DNA of 64,000 nt, taken from assembly GCA_964412955.1 (NCBI GenBank), contig CAYPQV010000008.1, positions 47,309 through 111,308 of the forward strand. Reading direction: 5' to 3'. The position numbers and the translations under genes are program-made. This document shows positions 8,309 through 17,103 of this stretch, piece after piece. Every line of letters begins with the position of its first letter. The stretch's first letter is position 1. The DNA is from an uncultured Hyphomicrobiales bacterium. GTDB lineage: Bacteria > Pseudomonadota > Alphaproteobacteria > Rhodospirillales > 2-12-FULL-67-15. Under the pieces are notes generated by a model. It saw nothing but the letters and a program-made list of their open reading frames with translations, ran no database searches and had not been told where the DNA came from.

Positions 8309-9526
8309 ATGAGGCGTTTAATTCGATGGGGACCTCCGCCGGACAACCGGCGGTGTAATGGTGTTGTGAGCGGCAGCGGCGGCACATTCCGGCGGATCGA
8401 TCCCGCGGCCCTGCAGACTCTCGCCCGCGAGGCGACGACGGCGAGCCGTTCGGAACTCGCCAAGTCCGTCGTCGGCCTGTTCGGCAACCCGATCTATGAG
8501 CTCAGCGACGATGCGCGGAAGATGGCCTACGAGATTCTGCACACGATCGTGCGCGACATCGAGATGGCGACGCGCCAGGAGATCGGCCGCCGCCTCGCCG
8601 AACGGCCGGACGTGCCGCGCGACCTGATCCGCTTTCTCGCCAATGACGCGATCGAGGTCGCGTTCCCGGTTCTCGTCAAGTCCGGCCTGCTTGACGACGC
8701 CGACCTGATCGAGGTGATCAACTCGCACACGCTGGAGCATGCGCTGGCGGTCGCGGCGCGGCCTGCCTTGAGCCCGCCGGTGACCGACGCCCTGGTCGCG
8801 ACCGACGCCGAGGACGTGATCGTCGAGGTGCTCAAGAATCCGGGCGCGGAATTTTCGCCGAGGACGTTTACGGACCTGGTCGAGAAATCGCGCCAGAGAC
8901 GACCGCTGCGCGAGCCGATCCTGATGCGCCGCGAAATGACGCCGGAACTGGCCCGGCGCATGTTCCTGTGGGTCACGGCGGCGCTCCGCGAGCATATTCT
9001 CAGCCGGTTCCCGTTCGACCGTGATGCCATCAATCAGCTGTGCGACCAGATCGCGTCGGAAGAAATCGAGAATTTCATGGCGGTGAACAAGGCGGGAAAG
9101 GGAGACTTTTCGAAGAAGCTGCCCGCGCTCGTCAAGGAGAAAGGCCGGTTGACGCCGGAAATGCTGGTCCTCGCCTTGCGCGAAGGCGACGTGAGCACCT
9201 TCAACGGTATCCTCATCCGCCTGGCCGAAATTCCGACTCACCTCGTCGACCGGCTGTTGTTCGACCCCACCGGCCGGGGGCTGGCGGTCGCCTGCAAGAG
9301 TCTCGGCGCGGGCAAGATCGCCTTCTCGAGCATTTTCGCGCTCGCGCAGAAAATCCGGGGGGAAGTCGACGGCTTGGTCAAGCACCGCCTGCGCGTCGCG
9401 TCCGAATTCTTCGACCAACTGTCCAGGCAGGACGCGGCCGAGGTCGTCGACCAGTGGCGGAAGGGCGCGGACTATGTCGCCTCGATGCAGGTTTTGGGGG
9501 AACGGATGCGCGTGGCGCCCTACTGA
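8309..9526 (+). CDS. DUF2336 domain protein, paralogue 1
   Basis: Helical-repeat protein with the ...VR..LAERPD.P.DLIRFLANDAIEVAFPVLVKS..LDDADLIEVI... pattern typical of DUF2336. The start is uncertain (GTG 8216, ATG 8309 or GTG 8366 are all in frame). The paralogue immediately downstream aligns over the full length. Confidence 0.7.
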   Translation: MRRLIRWGPPPDNRRCNGVVSGSGGTFRRIDPAALQTLAREATTASRSELAKSVVGLFGNPIYELSDDARKMAYEILHTIVRDIEMATRQEIGRRLAERPDVPRDLIRFLANDAIEVAFPVLVKSGLLDDADLIEVINSHTLEHALAVAARPALSPPVTDALVATDAEDVIVEVLKNPGAEFSPRTFTDLVEKSRQRRPLREPILMRREMTPELARRMFLWVTAALREHILSRFPFDRDAINQLCDQIASEEIENFMAVNKAGKGDFSKKLPALVKEKGRLTPEMLVLALREGDVSTFNGILIRLAEIPTHLVDRLLFDPTGRGLAVACKSLGAGKIAFSSIFALAQKIRGEVDGLVKHRLRVASEFFDQLSRQDAAEVVDQWRKGADYVASMQVLGERMRVAPY

Positions 9527-9813
9527 ACACCCGCGAAACGCCCATTATTTCTGCGTCCGTCGCGCCGAAAAACCATCGACCATGAGCGATTGCCATGAAT
9601 TTTGTATTTTTACTTCAATTAGTTACTCTCGGCATACGAGGCTCCACCGGCGGTTTTAATTCTGTTCAATAAGGGATCGGTTGGATGGTCGCAATTTTCG
9701 GAAAAACCGAATATATAAGTACCCATAAAAGAACGCGTTGCTCCGGGGGAAGGGCACGCCAACCATTCGGACTTAAGGGGATCGCTGCCGCGCAAGCGGT
9801 GGCGTGAGTTGGT

Positions 9814-10971
9814 TTGTACGAATCCGGCAATACCGCGCGGCGGTTTGACCCCAACACCCTGCAGGCGCTGGCCCGCCAATCGTCGACGGCGAGCCGCTCG
9901 GAGCTTGCTCAATTCATCGCATTCCTGTTCGACCGTCCCGCCGGGGAACTCAGCCCCGAGGCGCGGGCGATGGCCTACGACATCCTGCACGCGATCGTGC
10001 GCGACATCGAGATGGCGACGCGTAAGGAAATCGCCCGCCGCCTCGCCGAACGGCCGGACGCGCCGCACGACCTGATCCGCTTCCTCGCCAACGACGCGAT
10101 CGAGGTCGCGTTCCCCGTGCTCGTCAAATCCGACGTGCTCGACGATGCCGACCTGATCGAGGTGATTCGCTCCCGCACCCACGAACACGCGCTGGCGATC
10201 AGCGAGCGGCCCGCCTTGAGCCCGTCGGTGGCCGACGCGCTGGTCGCGACCGACGCGGAGGATGTGATCGTCGCGGTCCTCAAGAACCAGGGTTCGGAAC
10301 TGGCGCCGGCGACGATGCTTCGCCTGGTCGAGAAGTCGCGCAGCAGCCGGCCAATGCGCGAGCCGGTCTTGATGCGCCGGGAGATGAATCCCGAACTGGC
10401 GTTGCGCATGTTTCTTTGGGTTTCGACCAATCTGCGCGAGCATATCCTGCGCCACTACAAATTCGACGCCGCCGCGGTCAATCAGCTGTGCGACCAGATC
10501 GTGTCCGAAGAGATCGAGAATTTCGCGCACGAAGGCATCGGCAAGCACGAGCTGTCGAAGAAAATCTCGGTCCTGATCAAGAACAAGGGCAAGATCACGC
10601 CGGAAATGCTGATCCTGGCCCTGCGCGAGGGCGATGTGAACACCTTCGTTTCCTTGTTCAGCCGCATGTCCGAACTCAAGGCCCACACCATCGACCGCTT
10701 CCTGTTCGATCCCACCGGCCGCGGGCTGGCGATCGCCTGCAAGGCCTGCGTCACGGGCAAGATCGCGTTCGTCAGCCTCTTCTCGCTCGCCCAGAAGATC
10801 CGGGCCGAGGTCGACGGCGTGATCAAGCAACGGGTCACCGCGGCGATCGACTTCTACGACGCCCTGCCGCAGAAGGACGCGACGGACGTCATGAACGAAT
10901 GGCGCAGGGGCGCCGATTATGTCGGCTCGATCCGAATCCTGACGCATCGGATGAAAATGCTTCGCCACTAG
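9814..10971 (+). CDS. DUF2336 domain protein, paralogue 2
   Basis: 385-aa ORF starting at TTG 9814, the only in-frame start upstream of the region homologous to paralogue 1. Roughly two-thirds identical to paralogue 1 by eye, with long nearly identical nucleotide stretches. The TAG stop lies inside the left arm of the inverted-repeat element. Confidence 0.7.
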   Translation: MYESGNTARRFDPNTLQALARQSSTASRSELAQFIAFLFDRPAGELSPEARAMAYDILHAIVRDIEMATRKEIARRLAERPDAPHDLIRFLANDAIEVAFPVLVKSDVLDDADLIEVIRSRTHEHALAISERPALSPSVADALVATDAEDVIVAVLKNQGSELAPATMLRLVEKSRSSRPMREPVLMRREMNPELALRMFLWVSTNLREHILRHYKFDAAAVNQLCDQIVSEEIENFAHEGIGKHELSKKISVLIKNKGKITPEMLILALREGDVNTFVSLFSRMSELKAHTIDRFLFDPTGRGLAIACKACVTGKIAFVSLFSLAQKIRAEVDGVIKQRVTAAIDFYDALPQKDATDVMNEWRRGADYVGSIRILTHRMKMLRH

Positions 10972-11241
10972 AGCGTATCCCGATAATTTGGAATCGCTGC
11001 GCCGGAGGGATTTTTCGGCGCGGGCAGAAGACGGGCGACGCGCGTAGCGGTGCCTACGGGCGAGCCCGGCGACGAACCTGCGCCGAAAAAGCTCCCGGCC
11101 CCAAGGGGTTGCGCCGTGGCGGGCGCCCGCGTCGTTGCGGCGCTCGACCGATGCTCCGGCATCGCTCTTCGCGCCGCGCCTGGCGGATCGCCGCGCCACG
11201 GCGCAACGCAGCCGGTTCCAAATTATCGGGATACGCTCTAG
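10968..11241. mobile_element. MITE-like / structured palindromic element (274 bp)
   Basis: Perfect 26-bp terminal inverted repeat: CTAGAGCGTATCCCGATAATTTGGAA (10968-10993) and its complement (11216-11241). Nested internal inverted repeats: 11011-11021/11080-11090, 11108-11121/11194-11207, and hairpin 11149-11164. No coding capacity. Confidence 0.6.
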
Positions 11242-11253
11242 GCGTCGTCAGGG

Positions 11254-12120
11254 CTACGGCTTTTTCAGCACCAACGTCGTCCATCCGTCGCTTTCGGTCC
11301 GCGCGACGAGGCGGAATCCGAGCGCCCGGTAGGGCGCCGCCACCCACGCGGCGTCCGCGGCGACGAAACCCGCCAGCACCGCGATCCCGCCCGGCGCGAG
11401 CGCACGCCCGATCGGCCGCGCGAGCCGGATCAAGGGGCGGGCGAGGATGTTAGCAAGCACGAGATCGAAGCGGCCGGGGCGCGCAAGCGCGCGCGCCGCG
11501 AACCCGTCGGCCCTGAGCACGCGGATTCGCCCCGCCAGCCGGTTGCGCCGGACGTTGGCCGCGGCCGTCGCGATCGCGTCCGGGTCGATATCGGACGCGA
11601 TCACCCGCGCGGCCTTCCACGTCGCCGCCGCAGCCATGGCCAGCACGCCAGTTCCGCAACCGAGATCGAGCACCCGCGCGAAAATCCGCCCGCGCGCCAT
11701 CCGGTCGAGCGCCCGGAGACAGCCGCGCGTCGAGGCGTGCTCGCCGGTCCCGAAGGCGAGACCCGCGTCCAGGGTCAGCGTCACCCCGGCACGGGGGGCT
11801 TCGGCGACGTGCGTGCCCTTGATCCGGTAGCGGCCGACCCGGACCGGGCGGAAGGACGCGAGGGATTCCCGCGCCCAGTCGCGCTCCGGCAGCAAGGTCA
11901 ATCGGATGTCCGGCGGGCGCGCGCTCAAGGCGAGCGCCCGGGCGGCGCACGCGGCGTGAATCCCGGCGCGGTCGAGCGGCTCGGCGGCGACGCCTTCCAC
12001 CCGCCATATCGCGTCGGTATCGGCGCCGAACCAGCCGACGGCGAGGCAAAACGGCTCGATCGCTTCGGCCAACGCCGGCGCCGCTTTCGGCGCCGCCTCG
12101 AACGCGATTTGCCAAAGCAT
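11254..12120 (-). CDS. prmA: Ribosomal protein L11 methyltransferase
   Basis: 288 aa. FGTG.H.ST..CL and SAM-binding DLGCGTG.LA motifs, with PrmA-like N-terminal domain. Confidence 0.85.
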   Translation of the reverse strand: MLWQIAFEAAPKAAPALAEAIEPFCLAVGWFGADTDAIWRVEGVAAEPLDRAGIHAACAARALALSARPPDIRLTLLPERDWARESLASFRPVRVGRYRIKGTHVAEAPRAGVTLTLDAGLAFGTGEHASTRGCLRALDRMARGRIFARVLDLGCGTGVLAMAAAATWKAARVIASDIDPDAIATAAANVRRNRLAGRIRVLRADGFAARALARPGRFDLVLANILARPLIRLARPIGRALAPGGIAVLAGFVAADAAWVAAPYRALGFRLVARTESDGWTTLVLKKP

Positions 12121-12132
12121 CGGCCGGAACGA

Positions 12133-14400
12133 TCAGGCGTTCTCGACGAAGCCGGCAAGCACGCGCTTCGCGCCCGCCTTCTCGAAGTCGATCTCGAGCC
12201 GGTCGCCGTCGGTCGCGCGAATCCGTCCGTAGCCGAACTTCGGATGAAAAACCCGCGCCCCGACCGCGAAGTGCCGCTCGACGTCGCCGTATCCTTGGCC
12301 GCGCGCGCTCCAGGCGCGGCGCAACGCGCTGCGGCCGTCGGCCACGCCTTCTTCGGCGAGGCCCTTCCATCGCTCCCGGCCCTGGAATGCGCCGCCGCCG
12401 GAACGGCTGTAAAGGCCGGTCGCGGCCGTGTGCTGGACGTGTTCCTCGGGCAGCTCGGCGATGAACCGGGACGACAGCGCGGTCTGCCATTGGTTGTACA
12501 CGCGCCGGTTGGCGGCGAAGGTGATGTAGGCGCGCCGCTTGGCCCGCGTCAGGCCGACGTAGGCCAGGCGCCGTTCCTCTTCCAGCGCGCTTTCGCCGCC
12601 TTCGTCGAGCGCGCGCTGATGGGGGAACAAGCCCTCCTCCCAACCGGGAAGAAAGACGGTCGCGAATTCGAGCCCCTTGGCGCCGTGAAGCGTCATCAGC
12701 GACACCTTGTCCTCGCTGTCGGCGGCGTCGTTGTCGGTCACCAGCGCGACGTGTTCGAGAAACGCGCCGAGCGATCCGAACTCCTCGATCGCCGCCACCA
12801 GTTCCTTCAGGTTTTCCAGCCGTCCCGGCGCCTCGGGCGAGCGGTCGGCCTTGAGCATGGCGACGTAACCGGATTCCTCCAGCACCTGGCCGGCGAGCTC
12901 GCCGTGCGGCACCGCGCCGACCAGGCCGCGCCAGCGGTCGAAATCGCGCACCAGACCCGCCAGCGTCGAGCGGACCTTCGGCTTCAGTTCGTCGGTGGCG
13001 ACGATGCGGCGGGCCGATTCGAGCAGCGGCAGGCCCTCGCCCCGCGCCAGCAAGTGCAGGGTCCGCAGCGTCGCCGGGCCGAGGCCGCGCCGGGGCACGT
13101 TGACGATCCGCTCGAAGGCGAGGTCGTCGGCCGGCTGCGCGACCACGCGCAGATAGGCGAGGCCATCGCGAATTTCGGCGCGCTCGTAGAAGCGCACGCC
13201 GCCCACCACCCGGTAAGGGATCGCGAGCGAGACCAGCCGTTCCTCGAATTCGCGGGTCTGAAACGACGCCCGCACCAGAATGGCCATGTCGTTGAGGGCG
13301 TGGCCCCGGCCGTGCAGCGATTCGATTTCCTCGCACACGGCGCGGGCCTCCGCTTCGCCGTCCCAGACGCCGATAACGCGGATTTTTTCCCCGGCGTCGT
13401 CGGAATCGGTCCACAGCGTCTTGCCGAGCCGGCCGCGATTGTGGGCGATCAGGCCGGACGCGGCGGCGAGGATGTGCGGCGTCGAGCGGTAATTGCGTTC
13501 GAGCCGGACCACGTGGGCGCCGGGAAAATCGGCCTCGAAGCGGAGGATGTTGCCGATTTCGGCGCCGCGCCAGGAATAGATCGACTGGTCGTCGTCGCCG
13601 ACGCAGCAGAGGTTGCGGTGCTTCTGGGCGAGCAGGCGCAGCCACAGGTACTGGGCGACGTTGCTGTCCTGGTATTCGTCCACCAGGAGATAACGGAACT
13701 GGCGCTGGTAGCGTTCCAGTATCGACGGAACGGTGCGGAAGATTTCCAGGTTGTGCAGCAGAAGATCGCCGAAGTCGGCGGCATTGAGCGCCTTCAGGCG
13801 CTCCTGATAATCGGCGTAGATTTCGAGCGCGCGCCCGTCCGCCGCGCCGGCGCCTTCCGCCGACGAGACCCGATCGGGAGTCAATCCGCGATCCTTCCAG
13901 CGCTGGATCACGGCGTTGAGCGCGCGCGCCGGCCAGCGCTTTTCGTCGAGATGGCGCGCTTCGATCAGCTGCTTGAGCAGGCGGACCTGATCGTCTTCGT
14001 CGAGGATCGTGTAATCCGAGCGCAAGCCCACCGACTCGGCGTGCGCGCGCAGAATCCGGGCGGCGATCGCGTGAAACGTGCCGACCCACCAGCCTTCGAC
14101 CGGGCGGCCGAGAAGCCGCGCGACCCGCTCGCGCATTTCGCGCGCGGCCTTGTTGGTGAAGGTGACGGCGAGAATTTCGTTCGGACGCGCCCGTCCCGAC
14201 AGCAGGAGATACGCGAGCCGCGTGGTCAGCACCCGGGTCTTGCCGGTGCCGGCGCCCGCGAGCACCAGGACCGGCCCTTCGGTCGCTTCCACCGCCTCGC
14301 GCTGGCTCGGGTTCAGGGGCTCCAGCAGCCGGGGCGGAACGGGCTGGGGCGGCGCCGACACCGGCAAAGCGGGTCGGGGCAAGGGCGACGATTCGGCCAT
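12133..14400 (-). CDS. uvrD: ATP-dependent DNA helicase, UvrD/PcrA/Rep family
   Basis: ATG at 14400 (MAESSPLP...). LNPSQREAV, Walker A AGAGTGKT, DEYQD, and the full SF1 motif set. The upstream 134 codons of the track ORF are a non-homologous extension. Confidence 0.9.
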   Translation of the reverse strand: MAESSPLPRPALPVSAPPQPVPPRLLEPLNPSQREAVEATEGPVLVLAGAGTGKTRVLTTRLAYLLLSGRARPNEILAVTFTNKAAREMRERVARLLGRPVEGWWVGTFHAIAARILRAHAESVGLRSDYTILDEDDQVRLLKQLIEARHLDEKRWPARALNAVIQRWKDRGLTPDRVSSAEGAGAADGRALEIYADYQERLKALNAADFGDLLLHNLEIFRTVPSILERYQRQFRYLLVDEYQDSNVAQYLWLRLLAQKHRNLCCVGDDDQSIYSWRGAEIGNILRFEADFPGAHVVRLERNYRSTPHILAAASGLIAHNRGRLGKTLWTDSDDAGEKIRVIGVWDGEAEARAVCEEIESLHGRGHALNDMAILVRASFQTREFEERLVSLAIPYRVVGGVRFYERAEIRDGLAYLRVVAQPADDLAFERIVNVPRRGLGPATLRTLHLLARGEGLPLLESARRIVATDELKPKVRSTLAGLVRDFDRWRGLVGAVPHGELAGQVLEESGYVAMLKADRSPEAPGRLENLKELVAAIEEFGSLGAFLEHVALVTDNDAADSEDKVSLMTLHGAKGLEFATVFLPGWEEGLFPHQRALDEGGESALEEERRLAYVGLTRAKRRAYITFAANRRVYNQWQTALSSRFIAELPEEHVQHTAATGLYSRSGGGAFQGRERWKGLAEEGVADGRSALRRAWSARGQGYGDVERHFAVGARVFHPKFGYGRIRATDGDRLEIDFEKAGAKRVLAGFVENA

Positions 14401-14542
14401 GGCCGCCTTATAGCACGCTCCCGCCCGCCGCCCGCAAACGCCCGCAACCCGGCGTAAAGCGCCGGATTCGGCCGGCCCTTTCGAGCCTTTTCGCCGCGTA
14501 CTAAAATGCCTCCGATTCTCCTTCCTTGACGAGGAGGGTGGC

Positions 14543-15592
14543 ATGATCGACGTCCGTTCGGTGCCGCGAGTTTTCATTCCGGCCTTGGTCGCCGGGGTTT
14601 TGGCGTCCGCCGCTGTCGCGGCGAGCGCGCCGGGCCCTTCGTCGTCCGACGCTGCAGCGGCGGCACCGGCCGCCGATCCGACCCGAGCCGTCGTCGGCGT
14701 CCACGCCCTGGTGCCGCCGGAAGCGCGCAGCGCCCGCACCCTCGGCACCGAGCGCGACGGCAGCGGCATCCTGATCCGCGACGACAATCTGATCGTGACC
14801 ATCGGTTATCTTCTGATGGAGGCGCACACGGTCGAAGTCATCGCCGCCGACGGCCGCCGGATTCCCGCCGCCATCGTCGCCTACGACGCCGAGAGCGGTT
14901 TCGGCCTGGTGCGTCCCGTGCGCGGCATCGAAGCGAGCCCGGTCCGGCTCGGCGATTCGGACGCGATCAAGAGCGCCGACCAGGTCATCGCGCTTTCGCG
15001 CGCCGATGGCCAAGCGCTCGCCAGCGCGGCGCGGGTCATGTCGCGGCGCACGTTTGCGGGATATTGGGAATACCTGCTCGACAACGCCATCTTCACCGCG
15101 CCGCCCCATCCGACGTTCGGCGGCGCGGCGCTGCTGACCGAGGATGGAAGCCTGGTCGGCATCGGGTCGTTGTTCGTCAACGATTCGGCCGAAGCCGAAA
15201 CCTTATCGCCCGGCAACATGTTCGTGCCGATCAACGCCTTGAAGCCGATCCTCGCCGAACTGGCGGAAAAAGGCGGCCGATCGAGTCCGCCCAAGCCGTG
15301 GCTCGGCGTCTATTCCGCCGAAACCCAGGGGCGGATCGTGGTGACGCGCGTCGCCGACGACAGCCCGGCCAAGGCCGCCGGCCTGCGGGCGGGCGATTCC
15401 ATCGTCGGGATCGACGGCCGCAAGGTGCAGGGCCTCGCCGATCTCTATCGCCGCGCCTGGGCGCTCGGCCCCGCCGGGGTGGACGTGCCGCTCGACGTGC
15501 TGAAGGCGCGCGGCGACGAAGCGAAGATCGAGCGGATCACGATCCGCTCCATCGACCGTGCGAAGTGGCTGAGAACGCACAAAGGATTTTGA
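14543..15592 (+). CDS. Secreted trypsin-fold (S1C/HtrA-like) + PDZ protein with a degenerate catalytic triad
   Basis: Signal peptide (…AAVAASA). HtrA-like core aligns with DegP by eye, with three substitutions: TNNHV becomes TIGYL, DIAL becomes GFGL, and GNSGGAL becomes PTFGGAAL. C-terminal PDZ (PAAKAGL.AGD.I..IDG). Confidence 0.7.
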   Translation: MIDVRSVPRVFIPALVAGVLASAAVAASAPGPSSSDAAAAAPAADPTRAVVGVHALVPPEARSARTLGTERDGSGILIRDDNLIVTIGYLLMEAHTVEVIAADGRRIPAAIVAYDAESGFGLVRPVRGIEASPVRLGDSDAIKSADQVIALSRADGQALASAARVMSRRTFAGYWEYLLDNAIFTAPPHPTFGGAALLTEDGSLVGIGSLFVNDSAEAETLSPGNMFVPINALKPILAELAEKGGRSSPPKPWLGVYSAETQGRIVVTRVADDSPAKAAGLRAGDSIVGIDGRKVQGLADLYRRAWALGPAGVDVPLDVLKARGDEAKIERITIRSIDRAKWLRTHKGF

Positions 15593-15608
15593 ACGTCGCC
15601 CCTTGTCG

Positions 15609-16325
15609 TCAGCGGTTCTTCGCCCCTCCGGCCGCGCCGATCTCGAACGCATAGCCGGTGCCGCGCACGGTGCGGATGACGTCCGCGCCGCCGGCGACGT
15701 TCAGGGCCTTGCGCAGCCGCCGCACGTGGGCGTCGACCGTGCGCAATTCGACGTGAATGTCGCGGCCCCAGACCCGGTCGAGAATCTGCTCGCGGCCGAA
15801 GACCCGGCCCGGATTTTCCATCAAGACCCGCAACAGGCGGAACTCGGTCGGCCCGAGATGGACGTCGCGCCCCTGCCGCGTGACCCGGTGACGGGCGAGG
15901 TCGAGCCGCACGCCGCCCGCCTCGATCACTTCCGTTTCCGCGCCGATAACGGTCCCGGTGCGGCGCAGGACGGCCCGGATGCGCGCGGCCAGCTCGCCCG
16001 GCGAAAACGGCTTGACCATGTAATCGTCGGCGCCGCTTTCCAGCCCTTCGATCCGGTCGGTTTCCTCGCCGCGCGCGGTCAACATGATGATCGGCATCGC
16101 CCGGGTCGCGTCGCGCCGGCGCAGACGGCGGCAGACCTCGATCCCGGACAGGCCCGGAATCATCCAATCCAGCACCATCAGGTCGGGCGGGCTGTCCTCG
16201 GCGGCGGCCAACGCGGCGTCGCCGTCGGCCGCGGTCGTGACCGCGAATCCCTCGCGCGCGAGATTGTAGCGGAGCAGCTCCGCGAGCGCGGGATCGTCCT
16301 CAACCACCAGGATCGTCGGCGACAT
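15609..16325 (-). CDS. phoB: Phosphate regulon response regulator (OmpR/PhoB family)
   Basis: 238 aa. Receiver domain (ILVVEDD...D..MLP) plus winged-helix output domain. Sits directly downstream of phoU and pstB. Confidence 0.9.
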   Translation of the reverse strand: MSPTILVVEDDPALAELLRYNLAREGFAVTTAADGDAALAAAEDSPPDLMVLDWMIPGLSGIEVCRRLRRRDATRAMPIIMLTARGEETDRIEGLESGADDYMVKPFSPGELAARIRAVLRRTGTVIGAETEVIEAGGVRLDLARHRVTRQGRDVHLGPTEFRLLRVLMENPGRVFGREQILDRVWGRDIHVELRTVDAHVRRLRKALNVAGGADVIRTVRGTGYAFEIGAAGGAKNR

Positions 16326-16337
16326 ACGGCCCGTTCG

Positions 16338-17063
16338 TCAGCGCCGATCCGCCGGGGAGGCGGAGACGACGATGCCGGAGGTCTCGTCGCCCTTGGGACG
16401 CCTGCTTTCGGGCGCGGTGCCGCTCACCAGGTAAATCACGTTCTCGGCGATGGTGGTGACGTGGTCGCCGATCCGCTCGACGTTCTTGGCCGCGAACAGC
16501 AAGTGGGTGCACGCGGTGATGTTGCGGGGGTCTTCCATCATGTAGGTGAGCAGTTCGCGAAACAGGCCGGTATACATGGCGTCCGCGTCCTGGTCGCTGC
16601 GGCGAACGTCGTGCGCGCGGGCAAGGTCGCGCGAGAGATAGGCATCGAGGGCGCTGCGCAGCATTTCCAGCACAAGCCGGCCGAGGCGCGCGACCGCTTC
16701 CGCCGGCGCCATCGACGGCGCCTGGGCCAGCGCGAGCGTGCGCTTGGCGATGTTGCGGGCATAATCGCCGATCCGCTCGATTGCGCCGCCGATCCTGAGC
16801 GCGGCGATCAGCACGCGCAAATCGTCGGCCATCGGTTGGCGCAGCGCGATCAACTTGATCACCCCGCGGTCGAGTTCCTTTTCCAGGACGTCGATCCGTT
16901 CGTCGGCGGCAATGATCCGTTCCGCCTGCTCGACGTCGCGGCACAGCATGGCTTCGATGGCGGCGGCGAACTGGGCTTCGGCCATGCCGCCCATTTCGGC
17001 GATGATCGCGTCGATGCGCTTGAGGTCCTGGTCGAAGGCCTTGACGATATGATCGGCCGTCAT
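16338..17063 (-). CDS. phoU: Phosphate signalling complex protein PhoU
   Basis: 241 aa with two PhoU repeats (E..D / ERIGD motifs occur twice). Confidence 0.92.
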   Translation of the reverse strand: MTADHIVKAFDQDLKRIDAIIAEMGGMAEAQFAAAIEAMLCRDVEQAERIIAADERIDVLEKELDRGVIKLIALRQPMADDLRVLIAALRIGGAIERIGDYARNIAKRTLALAQAPSMAPAEAVARLGRLVLEMLRSALDAYLSRDLARAHDVRRSDQDADAMYTGLFRELLTYMMEDPRNITACTHLLFAAKNVERIGDHVTTIAENVIYLVSGTAPESRRPKGDETSGIVVSASPADRR

Positions 17064-17103
17064 GAATCGCTCTCCTTGTCGACCCGACCGTTCGCCGCCC
17101 GCG

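Noticed and set aside
8318-11199. Antisense ORFs 8318..9418 (366 aa) and 9619..11199 (526 aa) opposite the DUF2336 genes
   Set aside because: The sense-strand ORFs are mutually homologous and show the DUF2336 pattern. The antisense translations are repetitive and low-complexity, and their similarity to each other is only a consequence of the sense duplication.
10968-11241. Small mirrored ORFs 10968..11162 (-) and 11050..11241 (+), both ending ...NYRDTL
   Set aside because: The identical C-termini arise because both read out through the two arms of the 26-bp inverted repeat. There is no RBS or coding bias. I treated them as a by-product of the palindromic element.
8127-11241. Genomic island integrated at tRNA-Val
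   Set aside because: This is tempting because of the tRNA, the AT-rich leaders and the terminal palindromic element. However, I found no integrase, no direct repeat of the tRNA 3' end downstream, and only two paralogous cargo genes. I kept it only as a weak hint inside the DUF2336 finding.
11450-14457. ORFs 11450..14089 (-, 879 aa) and 11737..14457 (+, 906 aa) overlapping prmA/uvrD
   Set aside because: They are alternative-frame or antisense shadows of prmA and uvrD. They have no recognisable domains and are Arg/Pro-rich.
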